From NCBI GenBank assembly GCA_903836515.1, contig CAILQW010000061.1:1-61339 (forward strand): 61,339 nt of DNA, in the 5' to 3' direction. The stretch comes from Candidatus Omnitrophota bacterium (GTDB taxonomy: Bacteria > Omnitrophota > Gorgyraeia > Zapsychrales > Fredricksoniimonadaceae). A model generated the notes under the pieces. The model worked only from the letters and a program-made list of their open reading frames with translations. It was not told where the DNA came from and ran no database searches. Position numbers and translations under genes: made by a program. Positions 1-9,228 of this stretch are shown piece after piece. Numbering within the stretch: position 1 is the stretch's first letter; every line of letters starts with the position of its first letter.

Positions 1-1
1 C

Positions 2-3000
2 TGGGAAGACCTGAACCTGATGAACAGCCTGGGGATCAACTGGAACGACCTGCAGACGATGACGAATGCGGGGGTCAACTGGGGCGACATGCAGGCGATG
101 AGCGGCGCGGGTGTCAACTGGCAGAATATTGAAGTGATGAGCGACACGGGCGTGAACTGGAGCGATATTCAGACGATGGCCGCCGCGGGCGTCAACTGGT
201 ATGACATGCAGATGATGACATCGACCGGGATCAACTGGTCGGATATGTCGGTGTACACCAACCAGGCGATCAACTGGTCGGATCTTCAGACCTTGACCGA
301 ACAGGGCGTGAACTGGATGGATATGTCGGTGTTCAGCAACCAGGGGATCAACTGGTCGGATATCCAGGTGTTGAGCCAGCAGGGTGTCAACTGGTCGGAT
401 GTTGATGTATTGGCGAAGACAGGGGTCAATTGGTCGGATATCCAGGCGATGAGCGGCGCGGGCGTCAATTGGCAAAATATCGGGGTCATGAGCGATGCCG
501 GGATCAACTGGTCGGATATGGATGTCCTGGCACAAACGGGGATCAATTGGTCGGATGTGGGCATATTGAGCACAACGGGCATCAACTGGTCGGATATGTC
601 AGTCTTCAGCCACCAGGGCGTGAACTGGTCGGATCTTCAGGTCATGACCGAGCAGGGTGTGAACTGGTCGGATATCGATGTGCTGGCCAAGGCCGGGATC
701 AACTGGTCGGATATGGAGGTGCTGAGCACCATCGGTTTAAACTGGGGCGATATGGCGGCGATGACCTCTTCGGCGGTTAACTGGAGCGATCTGCAGGTCA
801 TGAGCGATGTGGGTGTCAACTGGCAGGATGTCGAGGCCATGAGCGCGGCCGGAGTCAATTGGGATGATCTGGGCCATATGGCCGCCACAGGCATCAATTG
901 GTCGGACATGCAAGTGCTTAGCGAACAGGGTGTGAATTGGACGGATATGTCGGTATTCAGTAACCAGGGGATCAACTGGGCGGACATCCAGGTGCTGAGT
1001 CAGCAGGGCGTGAACTGGTCCGATATCGATGTGCTGGCCAAGGCCGGGATCAATTGGTCCGATATGGATGTGTTGAGTACGGCGGGGCTCAACTGGAGCG
1101 ATATGACCGTGATGTCTTCTTCCGGGTTGAACTGGAATGACATGCAGGTCATGAGTTCTTCGGGTGTCAATTGGGAAGATTTGAATCACATGAGTACCGT
1201 GGGCGTCAACTGGGAAGATTTGAACCTGATGAACAGCCTGGGCGTTAATTGGAACGATCTTGAGTCCATGACCAATGCCGGCATCAATTGGCATGACATG
1301 CAGGCGATGACCTCCACCGGGGTTAACTGGTCCGATATGTCGGTGTACACCAACCAGGCGATCAACTGGGCGGATCTTCAGGCCTTGACCGGGCAGGGCG
1401 TGAACTGGATGGATATGTCGGTCTTCAGCAACCAGGGGATCAACTGGTCGGATATCCAGGTGCTGAGTCAGCAGGGCGTGAACTGGTCCGATATCGATGT
1501 GCTGGCCAAGACGGGGATCAACTGGTCGGATATTCAGGTGTTAAGCCAGCAGGGCGTGAACTGGTCCGATATCGATGTCTTGGCCAAGACAGGGATCAAT
1601 TGGTCGGATATGGGTGTTTTGAGTGCGGCCGGGGTGAACTGGAGCGACATGCAGGCGATGAGCGGTGCGGGGGTGAACTGGCAGAATATCGAGGTGATGA
1701 GCGATGCCGGGATCAACTGGTCCGATATCGATACGATGACTACGGCGGGCGTCAATTGGTCCGACCTTCAGACGATGAGCATGACCGGTGTCAACTGGGT
1801 TGACATGTCGGTGTTCAGCAACCAGGGGATCAACTGGTCCGATGTTGAGGTGTTGAGCCAGCAGGGCGTGAATTGGTCAGACCTGGATGTATGGACGAAG
1901 ACCGGCATCAACTGGTCCGATATCCAGGTCATGAGTGCGCAGGGCGTGAACTGGTCGGATATGGATGTGCTGGCCAAGACCGGGATCAACTGGTCGGATA
2001 TCCAGGCGTTGAGCCAGCAGGGGATCAACTGGTCGGATTTCCAGGTGATGACCGGGCAAGGTGTGAACTGGACGGATATGTCGGTGTACACCAACCAGGG
2101 GATCAACTGGTCCGACATCCAGGTGTTAAGTCAGCAGGGTGTGAATTGGTCCGATATCGACGTTCTGGCCAAGACCGGGATCAACTGGTCCAACCTTGAA
2201 ACCATGACGGATGCGGGGGTCAATTGGTCGGATCTTGATATGCTGACAACCCGTGGCGTCAACTGGGACGATATCACGGTCATGAGTGCTTCCGGTGTGA
2301 ACTGGGAAGATTTGAATCATATGAGCACGGTGGGTGTGAACTGGGAAGACCTGAATTTGATGAACAGCCTGGGGGTAAACTGGAACGACCTGGAGGCTAT
2401 GACCAATGCCGGTGTCAACTGGGGCGACATGCAGGCCATGAGCAGCACGGGTGTCAACTGGCAGAATATCGAGGTGATGAGTGATGCGGGCGTCAACTGG
2501 GGCGACCTGCAGGCTCTGACCGCCGCCGGGGTGAACTGGTCCGACCTGCAGGCGATGACGGCGTCCGGGGTGAACTGGACCGATATGTCGGTCTACACCA
2601 ATCAGGCGATCAACTGGTCGGATCTAGAGGTGTTGAGCCAGCAGGGCGTGAACTGGTCGGATGTTCAGGTGTTGAGTCAGCAGGGCATCAACTGGTCGGA
2701 TATTGATGTGCTGGCCAAGACCGGGGTCAACTGGACGGATATTGATGTGCTGGCCAAGACCGGGATCAACTGGTCGGATATGGGTGTCCTGAGTGCGGCC
2801 GGAGTCAACTGGAGTGATATGCAGGCGATGACCCTGGCGGGGATCAACTGGAGCGACATGCAGGCGTTGAGCGCTTCGGGCGTCAACTGGTCCGATTTGA
2901 ATATCATGACAGATGCCGGGATCAACTGGTCTGACTGGAGTACCATGACCAATATCGGGGTCAACTGGTCGGATCTTCAGGCAATGGCCGGCATCGGCGT

Positions 3001-5686
3001 GAACTGGTCCGATCTTGAGGTGATGAGTGTTAATGGCGTGAACTGGTTTGACCTGGCGGCGATGACCACCAATGTCTTGAATTGGGCAGACCTTTCCACC
3101 ATGACACAGGCTTCTGTCAATTGGCAGGATATGGCGGTTTTCAGTGCATCCGGTGTCAACTGGGCAGACCTTTCCATGATGGCCACGGCGGGTATCAATT
3201 GGTCTGACATGCAGGCGATGAGCGACATGGCGATCAACTGGGCTGATTGGCAGGTTTTGTCGGGACAGGGTGTCAACTGGAGCGATATCGGGGTCATGTC
3301 TGCGGCCGGCATGAACTGGTCCGGCATGGCCTACATGACGACTACGGGTGTGAACTGGGATGATCTGGCGGGTCTTTCCAGGGCAGGGGCGAACTGGCAG
3401 GATTTTGAGGTGATGTCGGACATCGGGGTCAACTGGGACAGCTTCAGCGGCATGACCAATGCCGCTGTTAACTGGGATGATTTTGTGACCCTGACCCGAC
3501 TGGGGATCAACTGGCAGGATATCGATGCCATGTCGAATGCGCAGGTCAACTGGCAGGACATGAACCAGATGACGACCCGCGGCGTCAACTGGGATGACCT
3601 GACGGTCATGACCGATGCGGGTGTCAACTGGAACGATATTGTTACGATGTCGGCGGCAGGTGTCAATTGGGACGATATGACAGCCATGAGCGCGATGGGG
3701 GTCAACTGGTCCGACATGCAGGCCATGACCGATGCGGGTGTCAATTGGGATGATGTTTCCACGCTTACTAACCAGGGTGTCAACTGGTCGGATATCCAGG
3801 TGTTGAGCCAGCAGGGTATCAATTGGTCGGATATCGATGTGCTGGCCAAGACCGGCATTAACTGGTCGGATATCCAGGTGCTCAGCCAGGAAGGTGTCAA
3901 TTGGTCGGATATCGGGGTTTTAGCGGGGACCGGAATCAATTGGTCGGATATTGCGGCCATGGCAGGTACAGGTGTCAACTGGACGGACCTCGAGGCTTTG
4001 AGCGCGGCCGGGATCAACTGGTCGGACATGTCGGTTTTTACGGGCCAGGGGATCAATTGGGCGGATATGGAGACATTGAGTACCCAGGGGATCAACTGGT
4101 CTGATATCCAGGTATTGAGCGCCCAGGGCATCAATTGGTCGGATATCGATGTGCTGGCCAAGACGGGTATCAACTGGTCGGATATCCAGGCCTTCAGCCA
4201 GGAGGGGATCAACTGGTCTGACCTGCAGTTTATGACGGATGCGGGGGTCAACTGGTCGGACATCCAGGTCATGAGCCAGGGCGGGGTCAATTGGGATGAT
4301 CTGCAGCAGATGACCGTGACAGGCTTAAACTGGTCCGATCTCCAGGTGATGACTGATCTTGGCATCAACTGGGGCAATATGGAAGAAATGCTGGGCACGG
4401 GCGTCAACTGGTCTTCGCTGGCCGGGATGTCCCTGACAAGCGTCAACTGGGATGATATGGCCGCCATGACCACCGACGGCGTGAACTGGATGAGCCTTGC
4501 ACAAATGTCAGAGGCCGGGGTGAACTGGGCCAGCGTTGACGTGATGACAGCTTCCGGTGTGAACTGGGATGATGTGGCCCTGCTGACAACCACAGGGGTT
4601 AATTGGGACAGCCTGCAGTTTATGAGCAATGCGGGTGTGAACTGGGATGATATCCAGGCTATGTCCTCCACCGCTGTCAACTGGGACGGTTTGCAGACCG
4701 TCAGTGAAACAGGTGTCAACTGGAGCGATCTGGGGGTCATGACCAACCAGGGGATGAACTGGGAGAATCTTACGGTGATGACGGCCTCCGGCATGAATTG
4801 GGAAGATCTCCAGGCCTTGACCACGACGGGCGTGAACTGGGACAATTTCAGCGCCATGTCCAACGACGGCATCAACTGGTCGGCGTTGGGAGTTATGACG
4901 GAGAGTGCTGTCAATTGGGATGATCTGAGCGTTCTGACCGGCGCCGGGATGAACTGGGCCAATATGAATGATATGACAACGGTGGGGGTCAACTGGGCTA
5001 ATTTGAGCGAGCTGACGGTCGCGGCTGTGAATTGGGACGAGTTCGGGGCCATGTCGGCGGCAGGGATCAACTGGATCAATATCAGCGAGATGTCCGAGAA
5101 TGCGGTCAACTGGAGCGGTGTGGCGGATATGGCGGCGGCCGGGATCAACTGGGGAGAGATCGGTCATCTTTCGGAATCCAATGTCAACTGGTCCGATCTG
5201 GGGGCCATGACCGATGCTGGCATCAACTGGTATGATATCGGTGTGATGAGTGACACCGGTGTCAACTGGGAAGGGATATCGGTCTTCAGTGCCGCCACGA
5301 TCAACTGGGAAGGGATCGGGGATATGAGTAACGGCGGCGTCAACTGGGCCAATATCGGAGAGCTTTCTGCCGCCGGGATCAACTGGGATGAGATTGATCA
5401 TCTTTCCCGTCAGGGCCTTAACTGGGACGAGATCGGTGAGTTGACGACCAGCGGCATTAACTGGAATGACATCGCCCAGATGACGGCGAGCGGTATTAAT
5501 TGGGATGATGTCACGGCCATGACAACGAGCACGGTCAACTGGTCCGATTTCTCCAGCATGACGGGATCCAGCGTCAATTGGGATGAGCTTGCCGAGTCGA
5601 CCACCAGCAATGTGAATTGGGCGGACATGTCCAGCATGACCCACCAGAACATTGATTGGAGCGAGATGAGCTATTTCTCGAAGAAC
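2..5686 (+). repeat. Coding tandem repeat, 39-nt period, 145 full units
   Basis: Trp codons fall at 41+39n from 41 to 5657 with no indel (hand-checked at 41, 1211, 2342, 5657). Confidence 0.95.
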
Positions 5687-6376
5687 GCCCGCACGCTTAT
5701 CAGCGAGATGGATGCAGTGTACACCAGGATCGGGTCTGTCACGGATACCAGTTCTGCTAATACCCTTTTTGGCAGGATACAGAAAATACTGGATGCGGTG
5801 GGGTCAAGCGACCTGTCGACGATCATAGCGACGCTCGGGAAAGCCACGGATGCGGGCACGGCCGGAACGATCTTCGGGGACATCAACAATATCCAGTCGT
5901 CCCTCGGTACAAGCACCACGTCTTCCACCGTATTCTCCCAGATGGATACCATCCAGGGCTATGCCAAGAAAGGCAAAGACAGTGCGGATGCGGCGCTCGG
6001 TGTGGCCAAGAATATCCAGGAAGACCTGGGTGTCAACGGCGAAACGCCCAGTGCTTATCAGAAACTGAAAGATCTCGAAACGTATATCAAGGACATCCAG
6101 GCGTCGGCCCTGGCCATGGGCAACAAGCAGGATGTCACCGGTGATCTTGCCCAGCAGATGATCGACATGGTCAAGAATTTCATCAACCGCCAGGCCGAGC
6201 TGGCCGGTATCGCCACCAGCGGCCTTGCGGTGGAAGGCCTCTCCGGGAAAAATGCGGGCGATATGGATAAGGTCAACGAGAAGCTTGAAGAGATCGATGC
6301 CAAGATCCTGGCCCTGCGTGAAGCCATGAAGCTTGATGATGTGGTGGTGAAGACCTGGTTTGAAAGCGAGGAATAA
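2..6376 (+). CDS. Giant 13-aa tandem-repeat protein (G-[VI]-N-W-x-D), 5'-truncated by the window edge; non-repetitive C-terminal ~240 aa
   Basis: Frame is open from base 2 (WEDLNLMNSLG...), so the true start lies upstream. 145 units, then a helical/coiled-coil tail ending VVKTWFESEE. Next gene starts 3 nt after the stop. Confidence 0.9.
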   Translation, partial: WEDLNLMNSLGINWNDLQTMTNAGVNWGDMQAMSGAGVNWQNIEVMSDTGVNWSDIQTMAAAGVNWYDMQMMTSTGINWSDMSVYTNQAINWSDLQTLTEQGVNWMDMSVFSNQGINWSDIQVLSQQGVNWSDVDVLAKTGVNWSDIQAMSGAGVNWQNIGVMSDAGINWSDMDVLAQTGINWSDVGILSTTGINWSDMSVFSHQGVNWSDLQVMTEQGVNWSDIDVLAKAGINWSDMEVLSTIGLNWGDMAAMTSSAVNWSDLQVMSDVGVNWQDVEAMSAAGVNWDDLGHMAATGINWSDMQVLSEQGVNWTDMSVFSNQGINWADIQVLSQQGVNWSDIDVLAKAGINWSDMDVLSTAGLNWSDMTVMSSSGLNWNDMQVMSSSGVNWEDLNHMSTVGVNWEDLNLMNSLGVNWNDLESMTNAGINWHDMQAMTSTGVNWSDMSVYTNQAINWADLQALTGQGVNWMDMSVFSNQGINWSDIQVLSQQGVNWSDIDVLAKTGINWSDIQVLSQQGVNWSDIDVLAKTGINWSDMGVLSAAGVNWSDMQAMSGAGVNWQNIEVMSDAGINWSDIDTMTTAGVNWSDLQTMSMTGVNWVDMSVFSNQGINWSDVEVLSQQGVNWSDLDVWTKTGINWSDIQVMSAQGVNWSDMDVLAKTGINWSDIQALSQQGINWSDFQVMTGQGVNWTDMSVYTNQGINWSDIQVLSQQGVNWSDIDVLAKTGINWSNLETMTDAGVNWSDLDMLTTRGVNWDDITVMSASGVNWEDLNHMSTVGVNWEDLNLMNSLGVNWNDLEAMTNAGVNWGDMQAMSSTGVNWQNIEVMSDAGVNWGDLQALTAAGVNWSDLQAMTASGVNWTDMSVYTNQAINWSDLEVLSQQGVNWSDVQVLSQQGINWSDIDVLAKTGVNWTDIDVLAKTGINWSDMGVLSAAGVNWSDMQAMTLAGINWSDMQALSASGVNWSDLNIMTDAGINWSDWSTMTNIGVNWSDLQAMAGIGVNWSDLEVMSVNGVNWFDLAAMTTNVLNWADLSTMTQASVNWQDMAVFSASGVNWADLSMMATAGINWSDMQAMSDMAINWADWQVLSGQGVNWSDIGVMSAAGMNWSGMAYMTTTGVNWDDLAGLSRAGANWQDFEVMSDIGVNWDSFSGMTNAAVNWDDFVTLTRLGINWQDIDAMSNAQVNWQDMNQMTTRGVNWDDLTVMTDAGVNWNDIVTMSAAGVNWDDMTAMSAMGVNWSDMQAMTDAGVNWDDVSTLTNQGVNWSDIQVLSQQGINWSDIDVLAKTGINWSDIQVLSQEGVNWSDIGVLAGTGINWSDIAAMAGTGVNWTDLEALSAAGINWSDMSVFTGQGINWADMETLSTQGINWSDIQVLSAQGINWSDIDVLAKTGINWSDIQAFSQEGINWSDLQFMTDAGVNWSDIQVMSQGGVNWDDLQQMTVTGLNWSDLQVMTDLGINWGNMEEMLGTGVNWSSLAGMSLTSVNWDDMAAMTTDGVNWMSLAQMSEAGVNWASVDVMTASGVNWDDVALLTTTGVNWDSLQFMSNAGVNWDDIQAMSSTAVNWDGLQTVSETGVNWSDLGVMTNQGMNWENLTVMTASGMNWEDLQALTTTGVNWDNFSAMSNDGINWSALGVMTESAVNWDDLSVLTGAGMNWANMNDMTTVGVNWANLSELTVAAVNWDEFGAMSAAGINWINISEMSENAVNWSGVADMAAAGINWGEIGHLSESNVNWSDLGAMTDAGINWYDIGVMSDTGVNWEGISVFSAATINWEGIGDMSNGGVNWANIGELSAAGINWDEIDHLSRQGLNWDEIGELTTSGINWNDIAQMTASGINWDDVTAMTTSTVNWSDFSSMTGSSVNWDELAESTTSNVNWADMSSMTHQNIDWSEMSYFSKNARTLISEMDAVYTRIGSVTDTSSANTLFGRIQKILDAVGSSDLSTIIATLGKATDAGTAGTIFGDINNIQSSLGTSTTSSTVFSQMDTIQGYAKKGKDSADAALGVAKNIQEDLGVNGETPSAYQKLKDLETYIKDIQASALAMGNKQDVTGDLAQQMIDMVKNFINRQAELAGIATSGLAVEGLSGKNAGDMDKVNEKLEEIDAKILALREAMKLDDVVVKTWFESEE

Positions 6377-6379
6377 CCA

Positions 6380-7711
6380 ATGGGGCTGCGTACAGGGGTG
6401 TCCGGCAGGGGGTGGGGTATTCTTGCCGCTTCCTTTTGGGGGCTCGTCCTCCTTGTCCCTTTGGCGTATGCTGACATTGTGATCAATGTCCTGGCAGTCA
6501 ATGGGACGGACCAGCCTCAGAAAAAGAATATCGAATTCAGCCTCCCGGGAGAACTGAAGCCCGAGGATGTTGTTGATAATGCCGGGCTTCAGCTTGATTA
6601 TAATGTCAAGGATGCCGGGTATTTCCTGCACGGCGATGTTGATCTTCAGTCCAAGGAGACAAAGACCTTCCGGGTCCATGTGCGTGATGTCTGGCGTATC
6701 GGCGATACCGCAGTGGGCGCGCTGCGCGATGACATCGAGCGCGGGTACAGGGAAATGGGCGGCGAGCGCGATGCCGCCAATGCCGGGAAGCTCCGTCAGA
6801 AACTGATCGACAAGCTTGATTATATCCTTGCAGAACAGGACAGGTCTGCCGGCAACATCGATGCGCGCATCGATGCCTACCGCAATCATACCCAGACCAT
6901 TGCAGGGATCAGGGCCAAGGCCAAGCTCATCGACTACTGGCGCACCGATGCCGCCATTGCAGATCCGGCCAAGGTCATTAATTTTCTGGTCCAGGTCGAG
7001 AATCCGGGCGAGAAGACCAAGAAGGTCAAGCAGCAGCACTATCTTCCCGCCGAAGTCAGGCCCGAGTATATCACCGACCGCCAGGGTTTCGAGATCCGTT
7101 TCGATGAGAAAAAAGGACAGCCTTTCCTTTTCAGGGAGGATGATTTTGCTCCCGGTGAAAAACGGAAGGTTTCTATCGCCATCCAGGATGTCTGGTTTGT
7201 CCCGGAGAACGAGCTTCAATATGTCCGGGGGCACGCCAAGTACGCCATGGGTGACCTTCAGAAATCAAAGTACATTGATACCGCCAAGGCGCTTTTTAAT
7301 GATATCATCAATAATCTCGATCTGATCGATGCGCTTCAAAAGACGCTCCAGCCGGACATTGAACAGCATATCGGCGCCTACCGTCTTAATGCGGTCAGGT
7401 TCGAGCAGGCGAAGAAGGATCTTGACGCGCTGGAGAAGCTTTTGTCCAGGTTCCGTGCGGACAGGGAAAAAAGCAAGATCAAGAACGTGATGCAGAAGAT
7501 ACAGACCCTGAAGTCCCTGGCCAAGGTTTCCGAAGCGATCCTCGACAAGAAACCGACCGTGAACGCGGCCTGGAAACTGATCGGGTCCGTGATGCTCTTC
7601 CTCGCATTTTTCACGACCATTTATTTCATCACATGGTTTTTCCGCTCTTCCCGGGAGAAAAAACAGGAAGAGATCAAGTACGGCCAGAAGAAAGATGAAG
7701 CGCGCGGTTAA
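6380..7711 (+). CDS. Exported protein with signal peptide, two tandem ~167-aa domains and a C-terminal TM anchor; function unknown
   Basis: N-terminal hydrophobic stretch ending LAYA. Motifs LPxExxPE, DVW and AYR each recur 501 nt apart. TM LIGSVMLFLAFFTTIYFITWFF followed by a basic tail. Confidence 0.85.
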   Translation: MGLRTGVSGRGWGILAASFWGLVLLVPLAYADIVINVLAVNGTDQPQKKNIEFSLPGELKPEDVVDNAGLQLDYNVKDAGYFLHGDVDLQSKETKTFRVHVRDVWRIGDTAVGALRDDIERGYREMGGERDAANAGKLRQKLIDKLDYILAEQDRSAGNIDARIDAYRNHTQTIAGIRAKAKLIDYWRTDAAIADPAKVINFLVQVENPGEKTKKVKQQHYLPAEVRPEYITDRQGFEIRFDEKKGQPFLFREDDFAPGEKRKVSIAIQDVWFVPENELQYVRGHAKYAMGDLQKSKYIDTAKALFNDIINNLDLIDALQKTLQPDIEQHIGAYRLNAVRFEQAKKDLDALEKLLSRFRADREKSKIKNVMQKIQTLKSLAKVSEAILDKKPTVNAAWKLIGSVMLFLAFFTTIYFITWFFRSSREKKQEEIKYGQKKDEARG

Positions 7712-7729
7712 CGTCCAGGCGGGAATATT

Positions 7730-9214
7730 ATGAGCATTAAACTGCAGTATACGGAAGTCGGCGTGGTCAAGGCGATCAGGGGCTGTATTGTCATTGTGAC
7801 AGGGCTGTCCAATTGCATCAACGGCCAGCTCATCCGTTTCGGTTACGGCACGTTGGGGATGGTGGTCGGGTTCACGCAGGATGAGGCGCAGGTTCTTATC
7901 CTCAAGGAATCCTCCAAGATCCGTACCGGGGATGAAGCCAATGCGGCGATCGAGCCGCTGGTCACGCCGGCCGGCAAGAATTTTATCGGGCGTATCGTCA
8001 ATCCGCTGGGGGAACCCCTGGACGGGCTGGGCCCCATCGAGGCAGATGTCATGGTCCCGATATTTCCCGAGTCGCCGCCGATCCTCGACCGTCAGCCGTT
8101 GAACAAGACCCTGGAGACCGGCATCAAGGTGCTTGATGCCATGATCCCTATCGGACGGGGTCAGCGGGAGCTGATCCTGGGCGATAAAATGACCGGCAAG
8201 ACCACGTTTGTGACCGATACCATCGTGAACCAGAAGGGCAGCGGGGTCATTTGCATCTACTGTTCCATCGGCAAGGCCCGTGCTTCCATGGCCAAAGTCG
8301 TCCAGCTTTTCAAGGATCGCGGCTGTTTCGATTACAGTATCATCGTGTCTGCGGCGGCATCGTCCACACCGGGACAGCAGTATCTGTCGCCGTATGTCGC
8401 CTGTTCTCTGGGGGAGTATTTCATGCAGCGGGGCATGGACGTGTTCATCGGGTTTGACGATTTCACCAAACACGCCTGGTGTTACCGCGAGATTTCCCTG
8501 CTCCTGGGCCGTCCGCCGGGGCGCGATTCCTATCCGGGAGACATTTTTTATCTCCATTCCAAGATGATCGAGCGCTCCTGCTTTCTCAGCAAGGAGAAGG
8601 GCGGCGGATCCATGACGTTTTTTCCGATCGTCGAGATCCTCGAGGGCGACCTGACCGCCTTTGTGCCTTCGAACCTGGTGTCCATGACCGACGGCCAGAT
8701 CTACCTGAGTTCACAGTTATTCGGGGAGGGCCAGAAACCCGCGCTCGACCTGGGGCTTTCGGTTTCGCGTGTCGGATCCAAGGTCCAGTGGTCCGCGATC
8801 AAGTCCCTTTCGGGCCCGTTGCGCCTGGAATATCTCCAGTACCGCGAACTGCTGAGGCTTTCGAAACTGAAGACCTCCGGCCAGTCCGAGGAAATGAAAC
8901 AAAAACTCAAGCGCGGCGCGATCCTGACCGCCATTCTCCGGCAGGACAAGGACTCCCCGGTCTGCCAGGAGATGCAGGTCCTGATCTTTTATGCGTTCAA
9001 CAAGAAATACTTGAACGATCTCTCCATCGAGCAGGTCAATGCGTTCCAGGACACATGCCTGGATTATGTGGTCAGGAACAAGCCTGAGTTCATGGCGCTG
9101 ATGCGCGAACGGCGCAAACTGGACCCCGAGATCGAGAAAATGCTTGATGAGATGATCAAGGGGCTTGTCATGGGCATCGTGGAACAGACCATGGCCAAGT
9201 CCGACCGCGGTTAA
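7730..9214 (+). CDS. atpA: F-type ATPase alpha-like subunit (divergent, short N-terminus)
   Basis: ETGIKVLDAMIPIGRGQRELILGDKMTGKT, DDFTKHA..YREISLLLGRPPGRDSYPGDIFYLHS, TDGQIYL, SVSRVG (Arg finger). Confidence 0.93.
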   Translation: MSIKLQYTEVGVVKAIRGCIVIVTGLSNCINGQLIRFGYGTLGMVVGFTQDEAQVLILKESSKIRTGDEANAAIEPLVTPAGKNFIGRIVNPLGEPLDGLGPIEADVMVPIFPESPPILDRQPLNKTLETGIKVLDAMIPIGRGQRELILGDKMTGKTTFVTDTIVNQKGSGVICIYCSIGKARASMAKVVQLFKDRGCFDYSIIVSAAASSTPGQQYLSPYVACSLGEYFMQRGMDVFIGFDDFTKHAWCYREISLLLGRPPGRDSYPGDIFYLHSKMIERSCFLSKEKGGGSMTFFPIVEILEGDLTAFVPSNLVSMTDGQIYLSSQLFGEGQKPALDLGLSVSRVGSKVQWSAIKSLSGPLRLEYLQYRELLRLSKLKTSGQSEEMKQKLKRGAILTAILRQDKDSPVCQEMQVLIFYAFNKKYLNDLSIEQVNAFQDTCLDYVVRNKPEFMALMRERRKLDPEIEKMLDEMIKGLVMGIVEQTMAKSDRG

Positions 9215-9228
9215 GGAAAGGGGCCGGC

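Noticed and set aside
286-5644. Long antisense ORFs over the repeat (e.g. 3331-5148, 4508-5644)
   Set aside because: They are shadows of the repeat's restricted codon use (SDQLIP/QLTP mirrors of NWSD), with no independent coding signal.
1-5686. CRISPR array or non-coding satellite
   Set aside because: The 39-nt period is in frame in an open ORF, varies mainly at synonymous positions, and has no repeat/spacer alternation and no cas genes.
2-5686. Ice-nucleation, pentapeptide or leucine-rich repeat identity
   Set aside because: The period (13) and consensus fit none of these as I know them.
5804-8557. Long minus-strand ORFs (5804-7234, 7265-8557) and similar ones opposite gspE, the GspL-like gene and lpxB
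   Set aside because: They fully overlap well-supported genes on the other strand, as is typical of high-GC antisense frames, and show no motifs.
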